DNA from: Arcobacteraceae bacterium
GTDB taxonomy: Bacteria; Campylobacterota; Campylobacteria; Campylobacterales; Arcobacteraceae
Length of the DNA: 64,000 nt
Assembly (NCBI GenBank): GCA_963662945.1
Contig: OY759974.1
Location: forward strand, 2,176,001 to 2,240,000
Reading direction: 5' to 3'
The notes under the pieces were generated by a model. It was given only the letters and a program-made list of their open reading frames with translations, searched no databases and was not told where the DNA came from. Position 1 is the first letter of the stretch. Every line of letters starts with the position of its first letter. The position numbers were made by a program, and so were the translations under genes. This document shows, in pieces, positions 39,325 to 49,261 of the stretch.

Positions 39325-40206
39325 ATGACCCAAAATATAAAAGCACATCTTTTAGTTTTAGTTGCAACTTTTTTAATAGCTGGCTCTTTTATAGCTTCAC
39401 AAAAACTATCAGGTGTTATTGATCCTATATCTCTTACCCTTTGTCGGTTTGTATTTGCTTCTTTAATATTAGCACCATTTATCGTATTTAATAAAAAGTA
39501 TCGAATTAAAGTTCTTACAACATTACCAAGAGGTATGATAATAGGGTTGTTTTATTCTCTTTATTTTATAGGACTGTTTAAAGCCTTGGAGAGTACAACA
39601 GCTTTAAATACTGGTACACTCTTTACTCTTGTACCTTTGCTTACAGCTATTTTATCAATCTTTTTTCTCAAGCAAAAATTTTATTTAGTACAGTTGATTA
39701 CTTATATTGTAGGTATTTTAGGAACTTGTATCGTTATATTTAAAGGTGATTTAGAACTCTTTTTAAATTTTCAATTAAATCAGGGTGATATTATATTTTT
39801 ATTTGCCATTATTGCAATGGCTTTATATTCAATTAGTACAAAACTACTACATAGAAAAGGTGATGAGCTGATTGTTTTAGTTTTTACTACATTATTGAGT
39901 GGAATTCTTTGGATGTTTTTATCAGTTGTAATTATGGATATAGCTTTACAGTGGGAGAAGTTAACAGGTAGTTTGATTTACTATATGATATATTTGATTA
40001 TAGGAGCAACACTTGTAACTGTTTATTTGTATCAACAAGCGGCTATAAGTATTGGACCTAAAAAAGTGATGGCTTATGTGTATTTAAACCCTGTTGCTAT
40101 TGCTTTTTTGCTTTTTTTACTCGAAGGAAAAACTATAGGAATATGGGTAGCAATTGGGATTGTAATCTCTTCTTTTGCTACAATAATACTATTATCAAAG
40201 GAATAA
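39325..40206 (+). CDS. EamA/DMT family transporter
   Basis: Hydrophobic two-repeat pattern; YVYLNP. Confidence 0.85.
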   Translation: MTQNIKAHLLVLVATFLIAGSFIASQKLSGVIDPISLTLCRFVFASLILAPFIVFNKKYRIKVLTTLPRGMIIGLFYSLYFIGLFKALESTTALNTGTLFTLVPLLTAILSIFFLKQKFYLVQLITYIVGILGTCIVIFKGDLELFLNFQLNQGDIIFLFAIIAMALYSISTKLLHRKGDELIVLVFTTLLSGILWMFLSVVIMDIALQWEKLTGSLIYYMIYLIIGATLVTVYLYQQAAISIGPKKVMAYVYLNPVAIAFLLFLLEGKTIGIWVAIGIVISSFATIILLSKE

Positions 40207-40259
40207 ATACTAATAGAGAATAGGCTATAATATTTTTTATAAAATACAAAAGAAAGCTA

Positions 40260-41333
40260 ATGGAACCTTTTAAAAATATATACAATAAAACAGAAATAGT
40301 AAAATTAGCAAATGAAATTGCTGCTGCTTATCCTCCTTTTGAACGAGAACAATTTATAAGTTATATTATAGATGATCTATGGGAACAAAAAGAGTTAAAG
40401 GAAAGATTGCGAACTATTACTTTGGGTTTAGGAAAATTTTTACCTACAAATTATCTTGAATCTCTTGAAATCTTAAAAAAGGTACACCATAAGTTTAACG
40501 GACTTTTTCATTTGATATTTCCAGATTTTATTGAAGTTTATGGTTTAGAGTATTATGATGATTCTATTGAAGCTTTAAAGCTTTTTACTCAAAATTGTTC
40601 AAGTGAGTTTGCTATACGACCTTTTTTAGTGAAGTATCCACAACTTATTGAAACTTTAAAAGAGTGGACACAAGATAAGAATGAACATATCCGAAGATTA
40701 GCAAGTGAAGGTTCAAGACCTAGACTTCCTTGGGGAATGGCACTTCAAAAATATAAAAAAGAACCAATAAAAGTAATCGAAGTATTGGAACTTTTAAAAG
40801 ATGATGAGAGTGAATATGTACGAAAAAGTGTAGCAAACAATCTTAATGATATTTCAAAAGATAATCCAAAACTTGTGAAAGAATTATTTAAAAAGTGGTA
40901 TGGGAGTTCTAAAAATACAAACTGGATAGTCAAACATGCATCAAGAACACTTTTAAAAGCTGGAGATAAAGAGGTAATGGAGATTTTTGGTTATCATTCA
41001 GATGATATAGAAGTGGTGGATTTACAAGTAAATGAAAGAATAAATATGAATGAATTATTGAATTTTTCATTTGCCATACAATCAAAAAATATTTTAGGTA
41101 AATTACGAATAGAATATAAACTAGGTCTAGTAAGACAAAATAATAAAATGGGATATAAAGTCTTTAAAATCTCTGAAAAAGAGGTGAAAGAAAATAGAGT
41201 TTTTGTAGAAAAAAAACATCATTTTAAATATGTTACTACAAGAAAATATTATGAGGGGATTCATACCCTAACAATCATCATAAATGGAAAAGAATTTTTA
41301 ACAAAAGAGTTTGAGTTAGAAGGTTGTTCTTGA
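40260..41333 (+). CDS. DNA alkylation repair protein (YhaZ/AlkC-AlkD-like HEAT repeat)
   Basis: SSEFAIRPF, RRLASEGSRPRLPW, YVRKSVANNLNDISKD. Confidence 0.88.
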   Translation: MEPFKNIYNKTEIVKLANEIAAAYPPFEREQFISYIIDDLWEQKELKERLRTITLGLGKFLPTNYLESLEILKKVHHKFNGLFHLIFPDFIEVYGLEYYDDSIEALKLFTQNCSSEFAIRPFLVKYPQLIETLKEWTQDKNEHIRRLASEGSRPRLPWGMALQKYKKEPIKVIEVLELLKDDESEYVRKSVANNLNDISKDNPKLVKELFKKWYGSSKNTNWIVKHASRTLLKAGDKEVMEIFGYHSDDIEVVDLQVNERINMNELLNFSFAIQSKNILGKLRIEYKLGLVRQNNKMGYKVFKISEKEVKENRVFVEKKHHFKYVTTRKYYEGIHTLTIIINGKEFLTKEFELEGCS

Positions 41334-41376
41334 AGTATATTCGAAGAAAGAATTAGTTTTATGTTAGAATAATTTT

Positions 41377-41787
41377 ATGAAAAACAAATATACTCTAACA
41401 GCTTTTGAAAAAGATAGTAATTCTCCTCTTGCTGAACTATTTTTACAAACAAGAGATTTCATAAAAATATGTATAGGAAATAGAGTTAAAGAAAAGTATC
41501 GAGAAAATATAACTTCCTATTTTTCTACTGAGGGTGGATTTTGCTATCTCAAAGCTTATGATGAGTATATTCATATTGGTTGGTTTAGAGGTGTAAATAT
41601 AGATGATAAGTATCATCAACTTTTTGGAAATGCTAAAACAATACGAGCTCAAAAAGTATATAAACTTGATAAAATCACAAGAGATACTATTCGATACTAT
41701 GTTGAACAGACGTTAATATTTTTGATAGAACATAATGAGTTGATGAAGATAAAAAAAGGGATAAAAAAATATGATAGAGAGCTTTGA
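41377..41787 (+). CDS. hypothetical protein (DUF1801-like)
   Basis: FCYL....IHIGWFRG...D....L.G..KTIR. Confidence 0.55.
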   Translation: MKNKYTLTAFEKDSNSPLAELFLQTRDFIKICIGNRVKEKYRENITSYFSTEGGFCYLKAYDEYIHIGWFRGVNIDDKYHQLFGNAKTIRAQKVYKLDKITRDTIRYYVEQTLIFLIEHNELMKIKKGIKKYDREL

Positions 41788-42520
41788 TTTTACAAAGATG
41801 ACGCTAAAACATGACCAATATGATGGTATTACAATTGATAATACAACAATACCTGATAGTGTGTTAGAATTTGAAAAAGAGTTGTTTTTAATTATAGAAA
41901 AAATTAACAATAAAAAACTTTTATGGATAAAACTCTCTATCGAACAATCTAAATTTATCCCAATGCTTACAAAACATGATTTTGTTTTCCATCATTGTAA
42001 TGAAAGAGATATAACTCTTGTAAAAAAACTTATTGAAAAGCCTGTTATACCAACTGCTACAAATCATACTTTAGGGGTAGGGGCTGTAGTATTTGATGGA
42101 GATCAACTTCTTGTTATCAAAGATAGAATTTGGCAAAAATACAAATTACCAGGAGGACATATAGATGATAGAGAAAATATCTCTTGTGCTTTAAAAAGAG
42201 AAGTGTATGAAGAAACTGGTATTGAAGTTGAGTTTGAATCTATCATAAGTCTTGGACATTTTTCTCCAGCTCAATTTGGGGAATCAAATCTCTATGTCGT
42301 TTGTCGCGCAAATCCTTTAAGTAAAGAGATTAATATTTTAGATAGTGAAGAGATTATGGATGCTAAGTGGATAGATATCCAAGAGTATCTTGCATGTGAA
42401 GATGTTCATAGTTACAATAAAGCAATAGTGAAAAATGCATTAGAAAATAGTGGTTTTAAGATTGATACTCGTACTGATTTGATTACAAGAGAAAATGTAA
42501 GTTATGAGATATTTTTTTAA
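41771..42520 (+). CDS. NUDIX hydrolase (Nudt6-like)
   Basis: Nudix box GGHIDDRENISCALKREVYEETG; FVFHH. Confidence 0.9.
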   Translation: MIESFDFTKMTLKHDQYDGITIDNTTIPDSVLEFEKELFLIIEKINNKKLLWIKLSIEQSKFIPMLTKHDFVFHHCNERDITLVKKLIEKPVIPTATNHTLGVGAVVFDGDQLLVIKDRIWQKYKLPGGHIDDRENISCALKREVYEETGIEVEFESIISLGHFSPAQFGESNLYVVCRANPLSKEINILDSEEIMDAKWIDIQEYLACEDVHSYNKAIVKNALENSGFKIDTRTDLITRENVSYEIFF

Positions 42521-42529
42521 GGGATAGAG

Positions 42530-43543
42530 ATGTATGAAGAATATTTAGAAGAGAGTGAGATTATAAACTTTTCCAATCCCAAGATACAAGCTTTAGCAAA
42601 AACTTTAGCACAAGATTGTAAAGATGATGAAGCTATAGCAAAAAACTGTTTTTTGTATGTAAGAGATGAGATACATCATAGTGGAGATTTTAAAGATAAA
42701 ATTACTACACTAAAAGCTAGTGAGGTACTAGAATATAAAACAGGATGGTGCTATGCAAAGTCTCACCTGCTTGCAGCACTTCTAAGAATAAATCATATCC
42801 CCACAGGATTTTGTTATCAAAGATTGAGTTGTGGGGAATATAAAGATGAGGTATATTGTTTACATGGCTTAAATGCCATATTTCTTAAAAAATATGGTTG
42901 GTATAGAATTGATGCTAGAGGAAATAAAGCGGGTGTAGATGCACAGTTTAATCCTACTTTTGAAAACTTAGCTTTTGAATTACAAGACAAAGAATTTGAT
43001 ATTGCAAATATATATTCAAAACCACTAGATGTTGTTGTTAATGCTTTAGAATCTTATGGAACTTATGATGAGATGATTAGACATTTTCCTATAGTAGATG
43101 AGTTTATTTGTAAAGTTACCCTAAAAGATGCACAACAACTTTCCTCTTTGAGTAATAGTTTGTTAAAGTATCTTTTTGAAGAAGAGACTCCAAAGTGGTT
43201 TGAAGATTCTTTTAATGTTGAAGAGTTTGAAAAAAGAATTTTAAGCTCCGAGTACAAACATTTTGGCTATGTGATTGAAAACAAAATAGTTGGATTTATC
43301 GCTATAAAAGAGGATAGTCATCTTTTTCATCTTTTTGTAGATGAAAAATATCATCAACAAAATATTGGAAAAAAACTATGGGAGTTTGTTAAAGAGAATA
43401 TTGATTTTGAAGTTATGAGTACAAATGCTTCTTTATATGCCATAAATGTTTATGAATCATTTGGATTTACAAAAGATAAAGAGATACAAACTTATAAAGA
43501 GTTAGAGTTTTTACCTATGATTTATAAAAGAGAGAAATTATGA
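42530..43543 (+). CDS. transglutaminase-like plus GNAT fusion protein
   Basis: GWCYAKSH, LHGLNA, RIDARG triad; C-terminal HLFVDEKYHQQNIGKKL, NASLYA..VYESFGF. Confidence 0.85.
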   Translation: MYEEYLEESEIINFSNPKIQALAKTLAQDCKDDEAIAKNCFLYVRDEIHHSGDFKDKITTLKASEVLEYKTGWCYAKSHLLAALLRINHIPTGFCYQRLSCGEYKDEVYCLHGLNAIFLKKYGWYRIDARGNKAGVDAQFNPTFENLAFELQDKEFDIANIYSKPLDVVVNALESYGTYDEMIRHFPIVDEFICKVTLKDAQQLSSLSNSLLKYLFEEETPKWFEDSFNVEEFEKRILSSEYKHFGYVIENKIVGFIAIKEDSHLFHLFVDEKYHQQNIGKKLWEFVKENIDFEVMSTNASLYAINVYESFGFTKDKEIQTYKELEFLPMIYKREKL

Positions 43544-43956
43544 TCTTTTTTACAATAATAACAATAATACTTCTTGTCATTATGGGATTGTTTCATTTTT
43601 ATTGGGTTGCTGGTGGCAAAATAGGTTTGGATAAAGTTATCCCAACCAAGGAAGATGGAGAAAAGTTTTTTAATCCTAGTAATCTTGCTACAACTATAGT
43701 AGGTGTTGTATTATTGGGATTTCCATATTTGGCTTATTGTTTAGGTTTTGAGATATTAGAAGAGAATAGTATCTGTATCTATTTAGGTAAAGCAGTTTCT
43801 ATATTATTTTTACTTCGTGTTCTTGGAGAGTTTAAAATGGTAGGAATTTTTAAGAAGATAAAAACTACATCATTTGCTCAATATGATACTTTCTTTTTTA
43901 TCCCATTATGTTTATATTTGGGACTATATTTTGGAAAAGAATCTTTATTATTTTAA
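43540..43956 (+). CDS. DUF3995-like membrane protein
   Basis: HFYWVAGG, LRVLGEF, YDT..FIPLCL. Confidence 0.75.
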   Translation: MIFFTIITIILLVIMGLFHFYWVAGGKIGLDKVIPTKEDGEKFFNPSNLATTIVGVVLLGFPYLAYCLGFEILEENSICIYLGKAVSILFLLRVLGEFKMVGIFKKIKTTSFAQYDTFFFIPLCLYLGLYFGKESLLF

Positions 43957-43979
43957 TAATTGTATAACAAGGAGTGCGA

Positions 43980-44819
43980 ATGAATTATATAATTACAAAT
44001 GAAAATATAAAAATGCCTACTATAATCTATGGTACTGCTTGGAAAAAAGAGTATACAGCAGAATTAGTTGAGATGGCACTTTTAAGTGGCTTTAGAGGTA
44101 TTGATACAGCAGGTCAACCAAAACATTATCAAGAAAATCTTGTGGGGGAGGGGCTTTTAAACGCTTATGAAAAAGGAATCAAAAGAGATGAACTCTATAT
44201 TCAAACAAAATTTACCCCAATAGATGGGCAAGATCAAAGTAATATGCCATATTTAAAAGAAGATTCTCTTGATATTCAGATAATTAAATCCTTTGAAAAT
44301 TCTAAAAAAAATTTACATACAAATTTTATAGATTCTTATGTTCTTCATTCACCAATTTTTCCTGCTACTAAACTGAACATTGCTTGGAATACTATGGAAA
44401 GTTTTTATGACAAAAAAGAGGTGGGACAACTTGGTATTAGTAACTGTTATGATTTAGATGTTTTACAATATATTTATAAAAATAGTAGAATTAAACCAGC
44501 TGTTGTACAAAACCGTTTTTATGCACAAACTTCTTATGATAAAGAGTTAAGAGAATGGTGTAAAGAAAAAGGCATTATTTATCAAAGTTTTTGGTCACTT
44601 ACAGCAAATCCACAGCTTTTAGAAAGTGATATTATTAGCAATTTAGCTCAAAAATATTCAAAAACAAACTCACAGATATTTTATAGATTTTTAAATCATA
44701 TTGAGATTGTACCACTTATTGGTACAACGTCACAAACGCATATGTTAGAAGATATTGCTATTTTTGAGTTTGAACTAGAAAAAAGTGAGATTGAAAAAAT
44801 ATTAACTTTACTAGGATAG
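43980..44819 (+). CDS. aldo/keto reductase
   Basis: IYGTAWKK, IDTAGQPKHY, QTKFT, LHSP, GISN. Confidence 0.9.
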   Translation: MNYIITNENIKMPTIIYGTAWKKEYTAELVEMALLSGFRGIDTAGQPKHYQENLVGEGLLNAYEKGIKRDELYIQTKFTPIDGQDQSNMPYLKEDSLDIQIIKSFENSKKNLHTNFIDSYVLHSPIFPATKLNIAWNTMESFYDKKEVGQLGISNCYDLDVLQYIYKNSRIKPAVVQNRFYAQTSYDKELREWCKEKGIIYQSFWSLTANPQLLESDIISNLAQKYSKTNSQIFYRFLNHIEIVPLIGTTSQTHMLEDIAIFEFELEKSEIEKILTLLG

Positions 44820-46664
44820 TTAGTATAAACTATCCATATCAATTGTAGCATTTGCACTTTTGATACTATGAAGAAGGCTTATAAGTTTTGATGGGTTGGA
44901 TGAGCGAAGTAGTAGTTCATATCTATATTTATTTGCTACTTTAAATATACTACTTTCACCAAATCCTATAAGTTCTACATCTTTTTGTGTTGCAAAGAGT
45001 TGTACATATTTATCTAAATCTTGTTTTGCCAATAGATGATTTGTATGACTAAAAACAACACGGGAGAGTTTGAGATATGGTGGATACAGATCAACTCTTT
45101 GTTTAAGCTCATCTCTTAAAAAATCTTCATAATCACTTATTTGAAGATAGTTATTGAAAAATTCTTCATTTTTTGTTTGTATTAAAACTTCTCCAAAACC
45201 TTTTCTTCCACTACGACCTGCAATTTGTATTAAAAGAGACAAAGCTTTTTCTCTCACTTTATAACTAGTCATATTTAAAACTGAATCAATTCCAAGTACA
45301 ACGGCTAGTTTTACATTGTGATAGTCGTGACCTTTTGAAAGCATTTGAGTACCTACAAGTATATCTATTTTGTTTTCATTGAAATCTTTAATTACCCTTT
45401 TGAGTTCTTTGTTTGTTTTGATACTATCTCTATCAAATTTTTGGATTACTTTATCTTTAAAAATATCTTGTAACTCTTCAACAACTTGTGCAGTTCCAAG
45501 TCGGAAACTTTCAATAGTTCCTGTTTTACAATGAGGACAAAATTTGTCAATTGGTTGTGTGTAGTTACAATAATGACATTGTAAAGCATTGTTGTTTTTA
45601 TGAAGACTTAGACTTACTGAACAAAATGGACACTCTATAGATTTTCCACAATCCTTACAGATTTGGTATTTGAAATTTGCACGAGTAGGAAGAAACACTA
45701 TCACTTGATTTTTATTTTCTATTGTTTGTGAAATTTTTTCTATTATTGAAGATGAGAGTTCTAAATTCGAATTTACAAATGATATTTGTTTCTCTGACTC
45801 AAAAAAGGTTTTTTTGAGTCTAAAGTAGGGGATTTTATGAAAGCTACCTAGACTAGGTGTTGCACTTCCCAATATTACTTGAATATTGAATTTTTTCCCC
45901 ATATATATTGACAAATCCTTAATATTTACTCTTGGTTTTTGATCTGATTTATAAGAATCATCATGTTCTTCATCTACGATAATAAGTCCTAAATTATCAT
46001 AGGGTAAAAAAAGTGCAGACCTTGCACCTGCAACGATTTTAACTTTTCCACTAAGCAAGTTCTCTATAATAGTTTGTTTTGTTTTCTTTTGTATTTTAGA
46101 GTGCCAAATAGCAATACTTTCTTTAAATACTTTTTTTAGTCTTTGTTCCATTTGAGGACTGAGTGATATCTCTGGAAGTAAAAGTAAGGCTTGTTTGTTT
46201 TGTGATAAGATATTTTCTATAGCTTTGATATAAATTTCTGTTTTCCCACTTCCTGTATTTGCAAATAGTAAACTTGTAGAGTTTTCTTGTATAAAATTAT
46301 AAGCTTTTTGTTGTTCTTTTGAGAGTTCAATATTACACTCTATTTGTGGTTTTTCATCAGTTTTTTCTATAGTAAAAAAAGGTGTGTAAACACTTAAAGC
46401 TTCGCCCAAACTACATACATAGTATTTTGAGACAAATGAAGCTGTTTGTAACATCATCTGATCATAATAAAAGTTCAATATATTTGTAATATTTACACAT
46501 TTAAAAGAGGGTTTTTCTACTTCCTTTACAATTACACCTTTTAAAAGTTTTTCACGATTACGAAGTTGTACCTCTACAAGAGTACCTATTTTTATCTCGT
46601 TTTCATATTGAAAAGTAAGTGGTTCTAAAGGAGATTTTAATAGGGCTATTTCATAATAAAACAT
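44820..46664 (-). CDS. priA: primosomal protein N'
   Basis: TGSGKTE, DEEHD, GSATP, four CxxC, GTQMLSKG, GRSGR. Confidence 0.95.
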   Translation of the reverse strand: MFYYEIALLKSPLEPLTFQYENEIKIGTLVEVQLRNREKLLKGVIVKEVEKPSFKCVNITNILNFYYDQMMLQTASFVSKYYVCSLGEALSVYTPFFTIEKTDEKPQIECNIELSKEQQKAYNFIQENSTSLLFANTGSGKTEIYIKAIENILSQNKQALLLLPEISLSPQMEQRLKKVFKESIAIWHSKIQKKTKQTIIENLLSGKVKIVAGARSALFLPYDNLGLIIVDEEHDDSYKSDQKPRVNIKDLSIYMGKKFNIQVILGSATPSLGSFHKIPYFRLKKTFFESEKQISFVNSNLELSSSIIEKISQTIENKNQVIVFLPTRANFKYQICKDCGKSIECPFCSVSLSLHKNNNALQCHYCNYTQPIDKFCPHCKTGTIESFRLGTAQVVEELQDIFKDKVIQKFDRDSIKTNKELKRVIKDFNENKIDILVGTQMLSKGHDYHNVKLAVVLGIDSVLNMTSYKVREKALSLLIQIAGRSGRKGFGEVLIQTKNEEFFNNYLQISDYEDFLRDELKQRVDLYPPYLKLSRVVFSHTNHLLAKQDLDKYVQLFATQKDVELIGFGESSIFKVANKYRYELLLRSSNPSKLISLLHSIKSANATIDMDSLY

Positions 46665-47098
46665 TACTGGGTTAACTCTTGACAAAGTAAATTATCAGAA
46701 TCACATTCAAAGCTATAATCATCATTGTCATAGATAAACTCTACACTATTTTGATTATCTAAATACACTTTGTATGTGTCAAAAGATACTTTAGACCAAG
46801 CGCCTATTTTAGGTTCACTTGAAGCTTTGATGGGATTTTGCAATATTGTACAAAAAAGATATTCATCATTGTCATCAAGAGTTACTAAACAATTTGTTTG
46901 TCCCTGCAGTATCATCTTATTTTTATAATTATTGATAGCTTCTCGAATAAGAAGAATGTCACTTTTTATTTTAGTTATATTAGCACTTTGAAGTGTATTA
47001 TTTAATTTAGGAATAGCAACAACTAAAATAATAGAGATAATAGCAATTGTAAAGATTATCTCTATAAGTGAAAAAGACTTCTTATTTCGAGGTGTCAT
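46664..47098 (-). CDS. prepilin-type (type II secretion/competence) protein
   Basis: KKSFSLIEIIF N-terminal cleavage/methylation motif followed by a TM segment. Confidence 0.85.
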   Translation of the reverse strand: MTPRNKKSFSLIEIIFTIAIISIILVVAIPKLNNTLQSANITKIKSDILLIREAINNYKNKMILQGQTNCLVTLDDNDEYLFCTILQNPIKASSEPKIGAWSKVSFDTYKVYLDNQNSVEFIYDNDDYSFECDSDNLLCQELTQ

Positions 47099-48978
47099 TT
47101 TATATAATTCTCTTTTTTATCAGTGGTATCAAGTTCTTGACCAATCTCTTTGTATCTATTAAAATAATATTGTACAAAATTATCTATATTTGTATCACTT
47201 GAAGTGAAATATTTACCATTTTTGATTGCATACTCTTTTAAAAATTGTGTTGCATCTTTCTTACTTAAGTAGTGAGATGCAAGTTTTTTATAAGTAGATA
47301 TATACCATTGTTTTAAATTTTCTAAAGTTTTTTCATCAAGATTGATAGCTAGTTTTGAATTTATCTCATCCCACATTAGAGTTTTTGTTTCAAAAAGTCC
47401 AAAGAGATGAATAAGTCCTTCACAATAATATGGTAATACTTCATCAACTTCCATCCAACCTATTAAAGAGATAGCTCTTTTTACAGTGTCACTTATTACA
47501 AACTCTTCAAGCTCTTTTTCATCGGAAAGTTTATCCATAAAGAAACTCACCAAGCCACCTGTTGTAGCTTTAAATTCTTCTATATTTTTAAAGTTTCCTG
47601 TTTTATTCATAACAGATTCTGTTTCTTCATCACACCATAAGATATGACCAAACTCATGACCAATAGTGGTGATATCATATACTTGGTGCCACTTTTTATC
47701 TTCTTGGAATAAAAATTTTCTCTCATTCGTTAAAAATTCTTGTCCTAAAATTTCTTGAGACAATTTTAAAAATGGTTTTGCTCTTTGTCCTTGAAGTATC
47801 TCATCACTGAAAGCAAATATCTTTTTTCCCTCTTTTTGTGATACAACTTCATCATTTGGTACAACTTGTGCTGAAAAAAGTCCATTAAATTCTGCTGCAA
47901 AAAACAAAGCGGGTCGTCCGAGATAAAGTTGCACTTTATCCAAACTTTTGAGTGAAAAATCATAAATGTTTTTTTCATCATTGTTTTGTTGAATATTTTT
48001 AAAAAGTTCACTAAACATTGCTTTGATTTTTTCTACCCTTTGGTTATTATTTTGGATAGATGGATTGACAAGTCTTATATCCCATTCTAATGCAACAGCT
48101 TTTCTAAAATGATCTTCATAATATTCAAGGGGATGACCAATTTGTATTGGTGTTGTTATTTTCATCCACGCAGTATCTACATCTGCCCATTTTGATACTA
48201 ACATTTCAGTTCGTCTTTCACTAAATGCTGTGATGATTGCTTGAAGATATTGGATATATTCCCATTTTTGATTATAAACTTCATCTTCTAGTTCTATTAA
48301 ACTATCGACAAACTCTTCAAGTGCATCAATAACGGCTGTCACTTCTTTCTTAAAAGCTGTAATATAAGCAGCACTTTTATAGGTATCATCCTCTTTTACA
48401 AGCATAGAATAACTTCTATCAGCTATAAGTCCCTCATGTCCTTTGTCAAATAAATTATTTTCTTCAAGATAGTTCATAACTTTTTCATCATCATTATCAA
48501 ACTTTTCAAGTAGTTCTTTATTAACACCATTTATAATAAGTTTAGTCCAAGATGATTGCCAAACTGACATAGCAATACCTACACCATAAACACCTTTAAA
48601 AATTTCTCTATAAAAAGGAGTTAAAAGATTGTTTTTTGTAATAAAGTCAACTCTTTGATGTTGTATATCAAGCCAGTATTCTTTTACAAACTGATATGCT
48701 TGTTCTTGAAGTTCTATAATTTGATTATCATCATAACCAGCTTTTTTTAATACTTGTACTAAACTATCATCCCTTAAATTTACAAGACGAGTAAGTAATG
48801 CTAGCTTTAAATCATCATTAAGTGTAAGATTTAAAGAATTTGCAAATACTTTAATAATCTCTAATTTTTCATCTTCATTATTTTCTAAATATTCATATAG
48901 TTTATTTATATCATCTTTTTGTGTACTAATAAAATCATATAGTTTTTGGATATCTTCTAAAAATTTTTCTTGTGTCAT
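47095..48978 (-). CDS. ciaB: invasion antigen B homolog
   Basis: QIGHPLEYYED, ALEWDIR, GLFSAQVVPNDE, GHEFGH, EEFKATTGG. Confidence 0.9.
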   Translation of the reverse strand: MTQEKFLEDIQKLYDFISTQKDDINKLYEYLENNEDEKLEIIKVFANSLNLTLNDDLKLALLTRLVNLRDDSLVQVLKKAGYDDNQIIELQEQAYQFVKEYWLDIQHQRVDFITKNNLLTPFYREIFKGVYGVGIAMSVWQSSWTKLIINGVNKELLEKFDNDDEKVMNYLEENNLFDKGHEGLIADRSYSMLVKEDDTYKSAAYITAFKKEVTAVIDALEEFVDSLIELEDEVYNQKWEYIQYLQAIITAFSERRTEMLVSKWADVDTAWMKITTPIQIGHPLEYYEDHFRKAVALEWDIRLVNPSIQNNNQRVEKIKAMFSELFKNIQQNNDEKNIYDFSLKSLDKVQLYLGRPALFFAAEFNGLFSAQVVPNDEVVSQKEGKKIFAFSDEILQGQRAKPFLKLSQEILGQEFLTNERKFLFQEDKKWHQVYDITTIGHEFGHILWCDEETESVMNKTGNFKNIEEFKATTGGLVSFFMDKLSDEKELEEFVISDTVKRAISLIGWMEVDEVLPYYCEGLIHLFGLFETKTLMWDEINSKLAINLDEKTLENLKQWYISTYKKLASHYLSKKDATQFLKEYAIKNGKYFTSSDTNIDNFVQYYFNRYKEIGQELDTTDKKENYIK

Positions 48979-49093
48979 CCTATATTACCTTTAAGGTTTG
49001 AATTTTATTTTATCATACCAAAATATATATGAAAAATATATAATTTAAGCTTTATTTTATCATAAATTAGAGATAATTCCGTCTCTAAAATAT

Positions 49094-49169
49094 GGAGTCA
49101 TAGCAAAACGGCTAATGTACGGGATTGCAAATCCTTGAGGTCTCGGTTCGAATCCGAGTGACTCCTCCA
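49094..49169 (+). tRNA. tRNA-Cys (GCA)
   Basis: Acceptor GGAGTCA/TGACTCC, loop TTGCAAA, GGTTCGAATCC, U73 plus encoded CCA. Confidence 0.93.
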
Positions 49170-49261
49170 TAAAATCAGAATACTTTTATCATTATAAATA
49201 TTATACAATATCAAAATTTATTTCGCTATACTTCTAAAAAATTAATTATTAAAGTAGCCAT

